DNA of 24,180 bases from a bacterium (GCA_041497675.1 JBGQGY010000044.1:1-24180); one strand, 5' to 3'. Shown: positions 1-9,221, counted from the first letter of the stretch. Numbers and translations: made by a program. Notes: a model not told the origin generated them from the letters alone.

Positions 1-73
1 GCGCAGAACCAAGCCAGGCCACGGTGATTTTGACAGCGGCGTCCAGGATCATTTCATGGTTGGATTCTGCCAC
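1..73 (-). CDS. Hypothetical protein, 5' part only (runs off the window edge): MAESNHEMILDAAVKITVAWLGSA...
   Basis: GTG at 73-71 preceded by a strong SD (GAGGAGG, 87-81); frame open to the edge; divergent from tRNA-Arg. Confidence 0.5.
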   Translation of the reverse strand, partial: MAESNHEMILDAAVKITVAWLGSA

Positions 74-141
74 GGAGCGGCCTCCTCATCTCATGCAATG
101 ACATGTCCCCTGTGTATGTTATCAAGTCCTTGGACTCACCG

Positions 142-150
142 TGCTATACT
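142..150 (+). promoter_or_regulatory. Extended -10 promoter element for tRNA-Arg
   Basis: TGcTATACT 12 nt upstream of the tRNA 5' end. Confidence 0.55.
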
Positions 151-162
151 TTTGGAGGTCGC

Positions 163-238
163 GCGCCCGTAGCTCAGCGGATAGAGCAACTGGCTTCGAA
201 CCAGTAGGTCGCAGGTTCAATTCCTGCCGGGCGCGCCA
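163..238 (+). tRNA. tRNA-Arg (anticodon TCG)
   Basis: Cloverleaf: acceptor GCGCCCG/CGGGCGC, D arm GCTC/GAGC, anticodon arm ACTGG-CTTCGAA-CCAGT, T arm GCAGG-TTCAATT-CCTGC, discriminator G, encoded CCA; 76 nt. Confidence 0.97.
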
Positions 239-248
239 AGCTCAAAGT

Positions 249-288
249 CAGACGGGACGCGGGTTTCGGCTCGCGTCCTCTGTTTTCT
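249..288 (+). terminator. Intrinsic terminator after tRNA-Arg
   Basis: GGACGCGGGT-TTCG-GCTCGCGTCC hairpin followed by TCTGTTTTCT. Confidence 0.75.
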
Positions 289-370
289 AGCAGATGGTAC
301 GCGGCCGAGAGCACGCGCAAGGTCGCCTCACGGTAGTACGCGGCAGGGCTCTATGGGATCACGAGGAACC

Positions 371-3300
371 ATGCGCATTATGAGGGAGCCGCCACTTCCC
401 ACTGCCAGCGAACGGCGCGTGGTCACCGTCCTCTTCGCGGACGTGGCCGGGTTCACCGCGATGTCCGAGAAGCTCGACCCAGAAACCGTCACCGATGCGA
501 TGAATACGATTTTCAGCGCGCTCGGGGTCGAGGTCGAAGCTGTAGGTGGCCACGTCGACAAGGTCATCGGGGACAGCCTCATGGCGCTGTTCGGCGCGCC
601 CGTTGCCCATGAGGACGATCCCCTGCGCGCGGTACGTGCGGCGATGGCCATGCATCGCGCCGTCCTCGCGCGCGAACCCGAGATCCAACGCGTGCTCGGG
701 TATCCCGCGCGCCTTCGTATCGGCATCCACAGCGGTCTGGTCGTGTGGGGTGCCGTGGGACCGCTGGGGCACGCCCGCCCCACGGTCATGGGCGACGTCG
801 TGAATCTCGCGTCGAGATTGCAGCGCGCGGCCACGGAAGGCAAGATCCTGATCTCCGAAGATGTCCACCGGCAGGTGCGCGGCGGGTACGTATGCGCCAG
901 CCTCGAGCCGATCCTCTTCAAAGGCAAGACGGACCCGGTGGCCGTCTACGAAGTGGTAGAAGAGCGCGACCGGCCGGAGTCCCTTGCTCAATCGCCGTTT
1001 ACCAATCGGGATGACGAGATGCAAATGCTCCAAGACCTGCTGGCGCGGGCGGCACGGGGCCGCGCCCAGGCCGCCGTTATCATCGGTGAGCCCGGCATCG
1101 GCAAGACGCGTCTCGTCGGGGAGTTTGCCGCGCGGCGGCCGGACGGGACCCAACTCCTCCAGACCGCATGCCCGCCATACGGCGGCATCAGCCTGGGACC
1201 GCTGGCAGACCTGTTTCGCCAGCTCACCGGGCTCCGCGGTACGGTCAGCCTTCGAGAGGTCGAATCACATGTGCCGTTCGGCGATCGCGCGCCACAAGCC
1301 GCGGCGGCGCTGGCCCGATTGTTCAACCTCGCCGAGGTGCCGCCGGGCACCGAGGTCCCGCACGAGACCGCGCTGCTGGTGGCCTCCGAGACGATTCGCC
1401 GAATGATCGTACAGCCCACGATCGTCTGGATCGAGGATCTGCACTGGGCCGATGCGGGCACCCGCGAGCTCCTTCCGTTCATGCTCGATCGCATGAGCGA
1501 GAGCCCGCTACTGCTCATCGTCACACAGCGGCCCGACGCCCCGACCGTGATCTGGGGACGACGGGCGGCGCTCACCACTTTCCATATCGATCCGCTGTCA
1601 TCCGTGCACGCCTCTGCCCTGCTCGCGGCCATGGCCGGCGCCGCATTGCCCCGCGCGGTCGGGGAAGCGCTGCTGGACAAGGCGGGGGGCAACCCATTCT
1701 ACCTCACGGAGATAATCTCGACACTGCGCCGCAATGGCACGCTGACGATGGACGATCGTGGACAGTGGCGATTGACTCGACCGGTCGATGACGTCCTCCC
1801 CGACACCGTCCAGGGCGCAGTACGGGCACGCCTGGACAGACTCGCGCACGGCCCCCAACAATTAATTCAACTTGCCGCGGCGCTGGGTGGCACATTTCAG
1901 CGCTCGCTCCTGGATGCGTTGGCCCCGGGCGTCGACGTCGTCGGGGCGCTCCATGCCTTGGAGGACGCGGACATCGTGAGCGCGCTTGATCCGCTCGCGT
2001 CCGATCCCGAGTACCGGTTCACGCATCCGCTCGTGCGGGAGGTCGCCTACACCAGCCTGGTGCTGAAGGAGCGCACCGCGCACCATGGTCGGATCGCCGA
2101 GACCCTCGAACGCCTGCATCCGAACGCCGACGACCTGGCGAAGATGATCGGCACGCACTACGCGCGCGGTGCCGACCCGTTGCACGCGGTCCCGTATCTC
2201 ACGCGCGCCGGCGAGCGTGCCGCGGCCCGATACGCGACGCGGGAAGCGATCGAGTTGCTGGAGGAAGCCCGCAAACAGGCAGAGGAGGCCGGGACGCCCG
2301 CTCTCGCGGTCACCGCGTGCGAACTGCTCGGCGACCTGTACGTGCGCGTCCACGACCGTGGCCCCAAGGCAACGCTCGACGTGTGGACACTGGTCATGGC
2401 TCACACGGATCCGACCATCGACCCCGCCCGGCGAGCGCGTGCGGCGATCCGCTCGGCGCTGGCGTTGGCAAACGACAATCAACACGCCGAGGCTCGGCCA
2501 CTGCTGCGCGAAGCCGAAGCCCTGATTCCGCCCGACGACCCACTGTGGAGCGACTTTCACCGCGTCCGCGCGTTGACGTTGATCATGGACACCCGATATC
2601 GTGAGGGCCTCGATGACGCCCGCCAGGCGGTGTCGATTGCCAACCGTATCGGGACGCTCGACGACCGCTCACGCGCGTACAGCGTGCTCGCCCATCCGAC
2701 CATCCTGCCCCTCCTTGGCGATGAAGGACGCGCGATCATGCGCGCGTGGGTCGCCGAAGCGACCGCCAGCGGCGATGAACGGCTGATCATCGAAGCTCGG
2801 CATTTCCTCCTGAGTGACGTCTGGACGCGCGGGATCGTGGACGCCGACGTGCTGCGGGCCGGACACGAGACGCTCGACCGAGCCGTGGAGCACGGCTGGA
2901 CACGGGACGAAGCGGCCCTCCGACTCATCATGGGATGGGCGACGTTCATCACCGGCGCGTGGCCCGAGGCCCACGATCACATCGCGCGCGCCCACCACCT
3001 GATCCAGCTCCAGGGCGGCAGGCTGCAGGGGATGTACCATATCTGGCTGCCGCTGTTTCGCGGCCACCTCGCGATGGGGGCGGGCCGGCTCGATGAGGCG
3101 AGGCAGATCTTCGAAGAGGCGTTGCCGCACGCGCGGTTCCACGCGCCCATCTGGCTCAATCACGATCTTGCACAGTGTTTGCACCGCCTCGGGGATACCG
3201 ACGCCGCGAGGCTCGCCATGGACCGGTCGATCGAAGCCAGCACCCGTTGGCACTGCATCATCTGCGGATGTCAGGCGGACGGCGTGACGGCCGAGTTCTA

Positions 3301-3673
3301 TGCCGCGATGGGAGAGACAGACCGCGCACGCGAGCACGCGGACCATGCCGAAAGTGTGGCGAGAGACATCGGTCACATCGCGACGCGGATTCGAGTACGA
3401 CGGGCGTGGGCGCGTCTTGCCATGGATGCCGGCGACCCGAATCGCGCGGTCCAGGCGGCAGGCGAGGCTGTCACGCTGGGGGCGCAGATGCCACTACCTC
3501 AGCCGCTAGAGCACGCGCAGTCGCTCACGGTGCTGGCCACGGCTCGGTGGCGAGCCGGCGAGCACAGCGACGCGATGAGCGCGCTGCAAGACGCACGCGG
3601 CCTACTCGAGGGATTGGGGGCGGCCTGGCACCTCGAACAGGTCGACACACTCTTACGCCAGATCCGCGTCTGA
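371..3673 (+). CDS. Class III adenylate cyclase + STAND/AAA ATPase + TPR-like helical repeats
   Basis: Cyclase motifs FADVAGFT, DKVIGD and TVMGDVVNLASRLQ; Walker A GEPGIGKT; Walker B IVWIEDLH; GGNPFY and YRFTHPLVREVAY STAND motifs; Ala-rich helical C-terminus. Start uncertain (353, 371 or 380). Confidence 0.92.
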   Translation: MRIMREPPLPTASERRVVTVLFADVAGFTAMSEKLDPETVTDAMNTIFSALGVEVEAVGGHVDKVIGDSLMALFGAPVAHEDDPLRAVRAAMAMHRAVLAREPEIQRVLGYPARLRIGIHSGLVVWGAVGPLGHARPTVMGDVVNLASRLQRAATEGKILISEDVHRQVRGGYVCASLEPILFKGKTDPVAVYEVVEERDRPESLAQSPFTNRDDEMQMLQDLLARAARGRAQAAVIIGEPGIGKTRLVGEFAARRPDGTQLLQTACPPYGGISLGPLADLFRQLTGLRGTVSLREVESHVPFGDRAPQAAAALARLFNLAEVPPGTEVPHETALLVASETIRRMIVQPTIVWIEDLHWADAGTRELLPFMLDRMSESPLLLIVTQRPDAPTVIWGRRAALTTFHIDPLSSVHASALLAAMAGAALPRAVGEALLDKAGGNPFYLTEIISTLRRNGTLTMDDRGQWRLTRPVDDVLPDTVQGAVRARLDRLAHGPQQLIQLAAALGGTFQRSLLDALAPGVDVVGALHALEDADIVSALDPLASDPEYRFTHPLVREVAYTSLVLKERTAHHGRIAETLERLHPNADDLAKMIGTHYARGADPLHAVPYLTRAGERAAARYATREAIELLEEARKQAEEAGTPALAVTACELLGDLYVRVHDRGPKATLDVWTLVMAHTDPTIDPARRARAAIRSALALANDNQHAEARPLLREAEALIPPDDPLWSDFHRVRALTLIMDTRYREGLDDARQAVSIANRIGTLDDRSRAYSVLAHPTILPLLGDEGRAIMRAWVAEATASGDERLIIEARHFLLSDVWTRGIVDADVLRAGHETLDRAVEHGWTRDEAALRLIMGWATFITGAWPEAHDHIARAHHLIQLQGGRLQGMYHIWLPLFRGHLAMGAGRLDEARQIFEEALPHARFHAPIWLNHDLAQCLHRLGDTDAARLAMDRSIEASTRWHCIICGCQADGVTAEFYAAMGETDRAREHADHAESVARDIGHIATRIRVRRAWARLAMDAGDPNRAVQAAGEAVTLGAQMPLPQPLEHAQSLTVLATARWRAGEHSDAMSALQDARGLLEGLGAAWHLEQVDTLLRQIRV

Positions 3674-3699
3674 GCCTGCCGCGTGTGGTGCCAACGTAT

Positions 3700-4518
3700 T
3701 CAGGCTTCAGGAACGTGCTTCAACCGCGGGGCTTTCGCCTTCGGACGTCTGAGGTGCTCGGCTGTCGGTGTCTCTGCAGGCCCCGTGTCCTCCCGGGCCA
3801 CCCGTCCGGTGATCTCTCGGACCTGTTCTCTCAGGTGACGGATCTCCGCGACGGTGGCGCGGAGTTTGTCGAAGAGGGCCCCGTTACTCTCGATGCCCGC
3901 GCGGATCAGCCAGGCCGCCGCCTCGCTCCGGGTGGCGCGGACACCGCCTTCAACGAGTACATCGATTGCCTCCAGATCCCGATCACTCACCCGACACATC
4001 ACGACATTGTTCCGCGCTCCTCCAGGTAGTTGCGGCGCCACCAAGTCCAACGGCGCCCATTCCAACCACGCATTCGGATCGCTGCCCGAGGCCAGCGCTC
4101 GAGTGATTTCCTCCAAAACGCGCTCGCGACTGAGCTGTAACCGTCGGATCACATCGACGATGGGACCATTTTTGAGCAGGAAGAGGCCCAACAGAAGATG
4201 CTCGGTTCCGATGTACCGGTGCTTGAGACGGCGTGCCTCGGCGAAGCCGAGTGCGAGAGCCTTCTTGCCCTCCTCCGAAAATTTGGTCTCTGGACTCTTC
4301 GGGGCCCGCTCCATCCGACCGCCAAGCGACTCAACGATCCCGCGAGCCGATTCGAGGGTCACACCGAGTTTGCCGAGCACCCGACCACCGACTCCGTCAT
4401 GCTCAGCAACGATACCGAGCAGCACATGCTCAGGCCCGATTGGGCGGTCTAGTAGACGTGCCTCCTCTTGCGAGAGAATGACGACACGTTTGGCGCGCTT
4501 GGTGAACTTCTCCAACAT
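3700..4518 (-). CDS. Clp N-terminal (double Clp-R repeat) domain fused to a C-terminal ribbon-helix-helix-like/coiled-coil module; no ATPase
   Basis: MLEKFTKRAKRVVILSQEEA..IGPEHVLLG and EARRLKHRYIGTEHLLLGL repeats as in the ClpC N-domain; C-terminal NVVMCRVSDRDLEAIDVLV..TRSEAAAWLIRAG; SD AGGAGG at 4531-4526. Confidence 0.88.
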   Translation of the reverse strand: MLEKFTKRAKRVVILSQEEARLLDRPIGPEHVLLGIVAEHDGVGGRVLGKLGVTLESARGIVESLGGRMERAPKSPETKFSEEGKKALALGFAEARRLKHRYIGTEHLLLGLFLLKNGPIVDVIRRLQLSRERVLEEITRALASGSDPNAWLEWAPLDLVAPQLPGGARNNVVMCRVSDRDLEAIDVLVEGGVRATRSEAAAWLIRAGIESNGALFDKLRATVAEIRHLREQVREITGRVAREDTGPAETPTAEHLRRPKAKAPRLKHVPEA

Positions 4519-4529
4519 GACAGGGCCTC

Positions 4530-4566
4530 CTAATTACATGTAATCTAATTACAGCACACTTACATG
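4530..4566. promoter_or_regulatory. AT-rich TTACA repeat array (candidate operator) overlapping the clpN-RHH promoter and SD
   Basis: Palindrome ATTACATGTAAT (4533-4544); direct repeat CTAATTACA (4530-4538 and 4545-4553); further TTACATG (4560-4566); minus-strand TGcTGTAAT extended -10. Confidence 0.6.
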
Positions 4567-4675
4567 GGTATCGGCAATCCTGGAAGTTTGCTCCCCGCGA
4601 GCGGGAAGGGCGGTATTAGGTAAGCTAACAAGACGCAGGGGGAAGCCGAGCAGAATTCTTCGAACCCAGTAGCCC

Positions 4676-6295
4676 ATGATAAGCGTGGCAGACGTGGTCG
4701 TCGAGGCGCTGCGGGCGCGCGGCGTGACAATGATGTTCGGCGTGCCCGGCGGGGGCACGAACCTCGACCTGATCGAGGCGGGGGAGCGCGCCGGGATCAG
4801 ATTTGTCCTCGCGCACTCCGAGACGGCGGCGCTCTTCATGGCCTCCACGTACGGAGAGATGACCGGGCGCCCGGGTGTCGGCCTCTGCACGCTCGGACCG
4901 GGCGTCGCCAACAGCGCCAACGGCCTGGCCCACGCGTTCCTCGACCGGACTCCCGTTCTCCTGATCTCCGATCGATATCCGGATGGCCACGTAGGCGTGG
5001 TGACCCACCAGACGCTCGATCACGCGGCGGTCGTGGGCCCGCTCACGAAGTGGACCGGGACCCTTCGACAGGGGGACGCGCGGAGCGTCATCGAGCGGGC
5101 GATTCGCGAAGCGTGTGCGGAACCCGCCGGACCGGTGCACCTGGATTTCCCTCAGGGTGAAGACTCTGCGTCACCGGAGGAGGCCGCGCGCGACGCCCCG
5201 GAAAGCCCGCTGCGCAAGATCGACCCGATCACAGCTTCATCCGAATTGGTTGGGCGCGTGCGAACATTGACGGGGTCGGCGAAGAGACCCCTCATCATCG
5301 CCGGAATCGAGACTCGTCATGAGGCCACCGCTGTGGCTCGGGCGCTTGGTCCGATCCTCAACGCGGGCGTGCCCGTGTTGACCACATACAAGGCGAAAGG
5401 CATCGTCCCCGAAACGAGCGAGTGGTGGGGGGGTATCTTCACGAATGCCGCCGCCGAGGAGCCGCTCGTTCACCAGGCCGACCTCATCGTGCTGGTGGGC
5501 GTCGACCCCGTCGAACTTATCCCTCGCTCCTGGACCTACCAAACCCAAGTCATCTCGCTGCGGCGCACGCCCAGTGACTCACGATATGTCGTTCCTGACA
5601 TCGAACTCGTCACGGAGCTCGGTCCGGGTCTCGAACGGATCTCCTCCGGGACGGTGTGGCGGCCGACGTGGAGCGCTGGCGTCCTACTGGAGCATCGCCG
5701 GAGCCTCGTTGGTCGTCTTCGATCACCGGTGGCGGGCCTCCAACCGGCCGATGTGATCGAGAACGCGTGGGCGCTGGCGCCCGATGACGCCATCGCCACC
5801 GTAGACTCCGGCGCGCACATGTTTCTCGCCACGGAGCTGTGGACCGCTACTCAGCCGGGGAGATTCCTTATCTCCAATGGGCTCGCGACCATGGGGTACG
5901 CGCTGCCCGCCGCCATTGCCGCGGCCCTGGTCGCACCCGACACGACCGTGGTGTGTTTCACGGGAGACGGGGGGCTCTTCATGCAAATCGGTGAGCTGGA
6001 AACCGCCGCCCGGCTTCAGTCTCGTATCGTCGTCGTCGTGCTCGACGATACGGGGTTCTCGCTGATCCGCGTCAAACAGACGCGGAAGGGGTACGGGACT
6101 GCCGGGGTCGACTTTGGCGCCTCGAGGCTCGACCGCGTGGCAGAAGCCCTCGGTGTCCCAGCCCGCACCGCGTCGACGGTGCCGGAGTTTAGAGAGGCGA
6201 TGCGGTGGGCGCTGAGCGTGGACGGCCCCGTCTTGATCTGTGCCCGGATCGACGCCACCGTCTATGACGACATGTTCGCCGCGATCCGTGGATAA
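4676..6295 (+). CDS. Thiamine diphosphate-dependent enzyme (acetolactate synthase large subunit-like), substrate unknown
   Basis: FGVPGG, catalytic Glu region (AHSETAA), TLGPGVAN, GPVHLDFP, SNGLATMGYALPAAIAA, ThDP motif GDGG..LDD. Confidence 0.9.
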   Translation: MISVADVVVEALRARGVTMMFGVPGGGTNLDLIEAGERAGIRFVLAHSETAALFMASTYGEMTGRPGVGLCTLGPGVANSANGLAHAFLDRTPVLLISDRYPDGHVGVVTHQTLDHAAVVGPLTKWTGTLRQGDARSVIERAIREACAEPAGPVHLDFPQGEDSASPEEAARDAPESPLRKIDPITASSELVGRVRTLTGSAKRPLIIAGIETRHEATAVARALGPILNAGVPVLTTYKAKGIVPETSEWWGGIFTNAAAEEPLVHQADLIVLVGVDPVELIPRSWTYQTQVISLRRTPSDSRYVVPDIELVTELGPGLERISSGTVWRPTWSAGVLLEHRRSLVGRLRSPVAGLQPADVIENAWALAPDDAIATVDSGAHMFLATELWTATQPGRFLISNGLATMGYALPAAIAAALVAPDTTVVCFTGDGGLFMQIGELETAARLQSRIVVVVLDDTGFSLIRVKQTRKGYGTAGVDFGASRLDRVAEALGVPARTASTVPEFREAMRWALSVDGPVLICARIDATVYDDMFAAIRG

Positions 6296-6358
6296 GTGGC
6301 TACCCGGCGCACACTTTGGGCAAATTCCTGAGCGAGGATACGGGGAGGTGAGGGTCAG

Positions 6359-6913
6359 GTGAAATTGATCTGGGTGCTGTTGATCATGCTCCTTGCCGCC
6401 TCCCCGGCAGCGACACAGGTTCCCGACGACGCCCTCATCGTCCCTGGTCTTCGCATCGGCAAGTGGTCGCTGGACATGACCGTTGACGATCTCTTCCGTG
6501 TGAACGGCCAGGCGGATTTTTCAACGCTATCACACCCTTCGTATGTAGCCGGATTCACGGTCGTGGCCTGGCGGACGAGCCCGCTGGCCGCGCTCACCAA
6601 AGATCGGAGAAGGATTGAAGCGCTGTCGGTGGTCGGCGGAGAGTTCAAGACAGAGAAAGGCATTGGCGTCGGATCCACCAGAGCCAACATCATCGGGGCC
6701 TACGGGAATTCAACGGCGACCATCGCATTCAACCCGACGACGTCTGTCCTTGTCTATGATGACGTCGGCGCGAGTTTTGGCGTCGAGAGTGATCGTGTCA
6801 ACCGTGTCTGGATCTTTCGCGCCCGGACCTGGGCCGGTATCTGGACTGCTGGACGACCGCCCCGGCCCTCGGGGCCGGTTCCAACCCCGGGCGAGCGGGG
6901 TGACAGGTACTAG
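6359..6913 (+). CDS. Hypothetical secreted protein
   Basis: SD GGAGG (6344-6348); signal peptide MKLIWVLLIMLLAASPAA; TEKGIGVGSTRANIIGAYG motif; Pro-rich tail. Confidence 0.75.
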   Translation: MKLIWVLLIMLLAASPAATQVPDDALIVPGLRIGKWSLDMTVDDLFRVNGQADFSTLSHPSYVAGFTVVAWRTSPLAALTKDRRRIEALSVVGGEFKTEKGIGVGSTRANIIGAYGNSTATIAFNPTTSVLVYDDVGASFGVESDRVNRVWIFRARTWAGIWTAGRPPRPSGPVPTPGERGDRY

Positions 6914-6959
6914 GCAGGAGGACGGCTCCGGACCGCCGTCCCCCTGCCTCGGTTTTTCT
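6912..6959 (+). terminator. Intrinsic terminator between convergent genes
   Basis: AGGCAGGaGGACGGC / GCCGTCCcCCTGCCT stem followed by CGGTTTTTCT. Confidence 0.65.
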
Positions 6960-6971
6960 AACGAACGTGCC

Positions 6972-9221
6972 TTAGGGACCCGTGCTCAGCCCGATCAGGT
7001 CCTGCCAGAATACTACGCGCGGGTTCGCCGTCCGCCCGTCCGTCACCCGGTCGTAGACTTCGAGCGTGAACGCGAAGGCGCAGAAGTTGTGCCCGGCCGG
7101 CAGCCAGTTCGCCGTCCCAGACGGTTGTAACCCCGTCAGGACATAGTCATCGACGTCGGCCGTTGGCTCGTCGCGCGTTCCCGTGAAGTTGCACGGAGCC
7201 ATCGGATCGTACCCCTTCCGCACGACACCCGACGCATCCGCCGTGCCAACCCCGGAGGCCACAGATACAGGCACGTCCACGTTGTTCCCGCGCTTGGCCG
7301 AGAGCGTCCAACTGTGTAGGAAGCCCTCGGGATCGACCGCGCGGTACCGCACCGTGAGGGCCGCCCGCGGGCCAGTGAGTTCGAACAATCCGCAGTCACC
7401 CAGCGTCGTGGTGCCCATCGTGATGGATGTAATGTCGCCCTTGGAGTTGTTCGGTCGCCCCGCGATCCCGGTGCGGTTGTGGATGTAGAACGTGATCGTA
7501 TCACCCGTCGCCGCCACCATGTTCCCAGCGGTGTCGTAGGCCTCGATGTGGAACTGCACCGACCCGGGTTGATCCCACGGCCGGTAGATCCCCGAATCCA
7601 GGATCAGCTTGAGGTCGTTTTCGATCCAGTTCAGGTCGCCCTCGTGGTTGTCGTACGTCGGCACCGGCTGCGGACCGCCCACGAGCGGCACGGTGGGTGT
7701 GACACTCCGTAGCGTCGGTCCAACCGGCGTGCCACTGTACCCGGGCGCAAAATCGGGGATGTGGTTCAGCAGGTGCGATTGCGTCACGGGCCGCCACTGG
7801 GTCTCGGCCGGGCGCTTGTAGTAGATGGCGTAGTGGACCGCCTGCGGCTTGCCAAAACAGCCGTAGAGGCGCAGCCCGCCCCGCCAGCCCGCACAGTCGA
7901 CCTGAGGCGCGTTGGCGTTGCGGCACGTGATGCGACCCTGGCTGTCGAGCGTGTTCGGGTGCCCGCCGAGCGCCGAGTGCAAGACGATGATGTCCCCGAC
8001 GCGCTGGATCACGCGGTCACCCGCGCACGCGCGGCTGGGGTGTGCCCGGTCGTACGGCACGCACAAGTCGATCCGCTGTAGGTTGGCGATGTTGTAATAC
8101 GGAGCGGTCTCGTACGTCATTGTCATCCCGGTGCCGAGCACCTGGATGATGACGTCGGGCCGCAGTTGTGTGGCCAGCACCTCACCGCTCGCCACGTCGG
8201 ATGTCTCGGCGGCGATGTCGATCAGCGTCTGGCTGAAGCGGAAGATGTAGTTGCCCTGCTCGTCCGTGACGGCGAGGCTGAGGTCGTCGCGCGGCCCGGT
8301 CCCCGTATAGGGTCCGCCCAGCTTTTCGGACGCCGTGCGATCATACTCCTGAAACCGCAGCAGGAGGCCCGGAGCCAGCTGCACGTCGCACCGGAACCTG
8401 ATGAGCGCGTCGCGGACGTGGGCGACCGCCTTGAAGTCGGCGGCGGTCAGCAGGTCGGCCCCGGCCTTGGCCGGAGCACCGCTGAACGTGACGACACGCG
8501 CCGAGGTCTGCAGCCGCTCAACGGCGTCCGCCTCGAACCGATCCAAGGACGCGTTTTCGCCGCCCTTCTTGGCGCCCTTGGCTTCAGCGCGGGGAGCCCC
8601 GGACATCGGCATCCCGCCGAAGCGCGACTGGAAGACGACACCGCTTCGCAGGCTGGGCGCCCCGGTGGGGATGACGAGTGGGGTGACCTCGGGCGGTGGA
8701 TCGGGAATCGGCCGCGGCCGCACGCGGACACGCTCCGGGTAGAGCGTTGTCAGCGGGCCGCACAACTCCGGAAACCTGGCGCAGAGATTCAAGGCCGTGT
8801 ACGGGGGGTCGATGACGATGTAGTCGTCGCGGCACGGATTGAACAGGCACAGACCCGCGTAGGTCTTGATCGTCCCGTAGACAACATAGTCGCTCGCACT
8901 CGCCGGCATCGAGCACGAGAGCACCAGGTCATCATAGTCCGCGTCCGGCCCGGTGTCGTTCGAGTCGATGTTGAAGCGGACCAGACCACCCGAAACGGTG
9001 GGAAACGTGATCCGCTGGGCCGAGTCCCGCCACGGCTCACTCGGCGGCTGGTGTTGGATGTTGATCGACCACTGCGCACCGCTGGCAAAGAGCGCGGTTC
9101 CAACCAGACCGTCGTACGTGCCGTTGCCAACGTCCGCCCCGGTGATCACGAAGCGCTGACCGAACGAGGCGTTCTTGCTTGTGACGCGCACCGTCCAGCT
9201 TCCCTGCATGGTGATAGCCAT
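6972..9221 (-). CDS. 749-aa uncharacterised beta-rich protein: LecB/PA-IIL-like N-terminal domain, Pro-rich linker, transthyretin/carboxypeptidase-regulatory-like domain, 14 Cys
   Basis: Long ORF with SD GAGGGGAG; SNDTGPDADYDDLVL acidic loop; RPRPIPDPPP linker; DDLSLAVTDEQGNYIFRF..RPDVIIQV. Confidence 0.85.
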   Translation of the reverse strand: MAITMQGSWTVRVTSKNASFGQRFVITGADVGNGTYDGLVGTALFASGAQWSINIQHQPPSEPWRDSAQRITFPTVSGGLVRFNIDSNDTGPDADYDDLVLSCSMPASASDYVVYGTIKTYAGLCLFNPCRDDYIVIDPPYTALNLCARFPELCGPLTTLYPERVRVRPRPIPDPPPEVTPLVIPTGAPSLRSGVVFQSRFGGMPMSGAPRAEAKGAKKGGENASLDRFEADAVERLQTSARVVTFSGAPAKAGADLLTAADFKAVAHVRDALIRFRCDVQLAPGLLLRFQEYDRTASEKLGGPYTGTGPRDDLSLAVTDEQGNYIFRFSQTLIDIAAETSDVASGEVLATQLRPDVIIQVLGTGMTMTYETAPYYNIANLQRIDLCVPYDRAHPSRACAGDRVIQRVGDIIVLHSALGGHPNTLDSQGRITCRNANAPQVDCAGWRGGLRLYGCFGKPQAVHYAIYYKRPAETQWRPVTQSHLLNHIPDFAPGYSGTPVGPTLRSVTPTVPLVGGPQPVPTYDNHEGDLNWIENDLKLILDSGIYRPWDQPGSVQFHIEAYDTAGNMVAATGDTITFYIHNRTGIAGRPNNSKGDITSITMGTTTLGDCGLFELTGPRAALTVRYRAVDPEGFLHSWTLSAKRGNNVDVPVSVASGVGTADASGVVRKGYDPMAPCNFTGTRDEPTADVDDYVLTGLQPSGTANWLPAGHNFCAFAFTLEVYDRVTDGRTANPRVVFWQDLIGLSTGP

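Noticed and set aside
4676..6295. Bona fide ilvB acetolactate synthase
   Set aside because: No small subunit or ilv genes nearby, and motifs are divergent (AHSE; DD in place of NN); left as an unknown ThDP enzyme.
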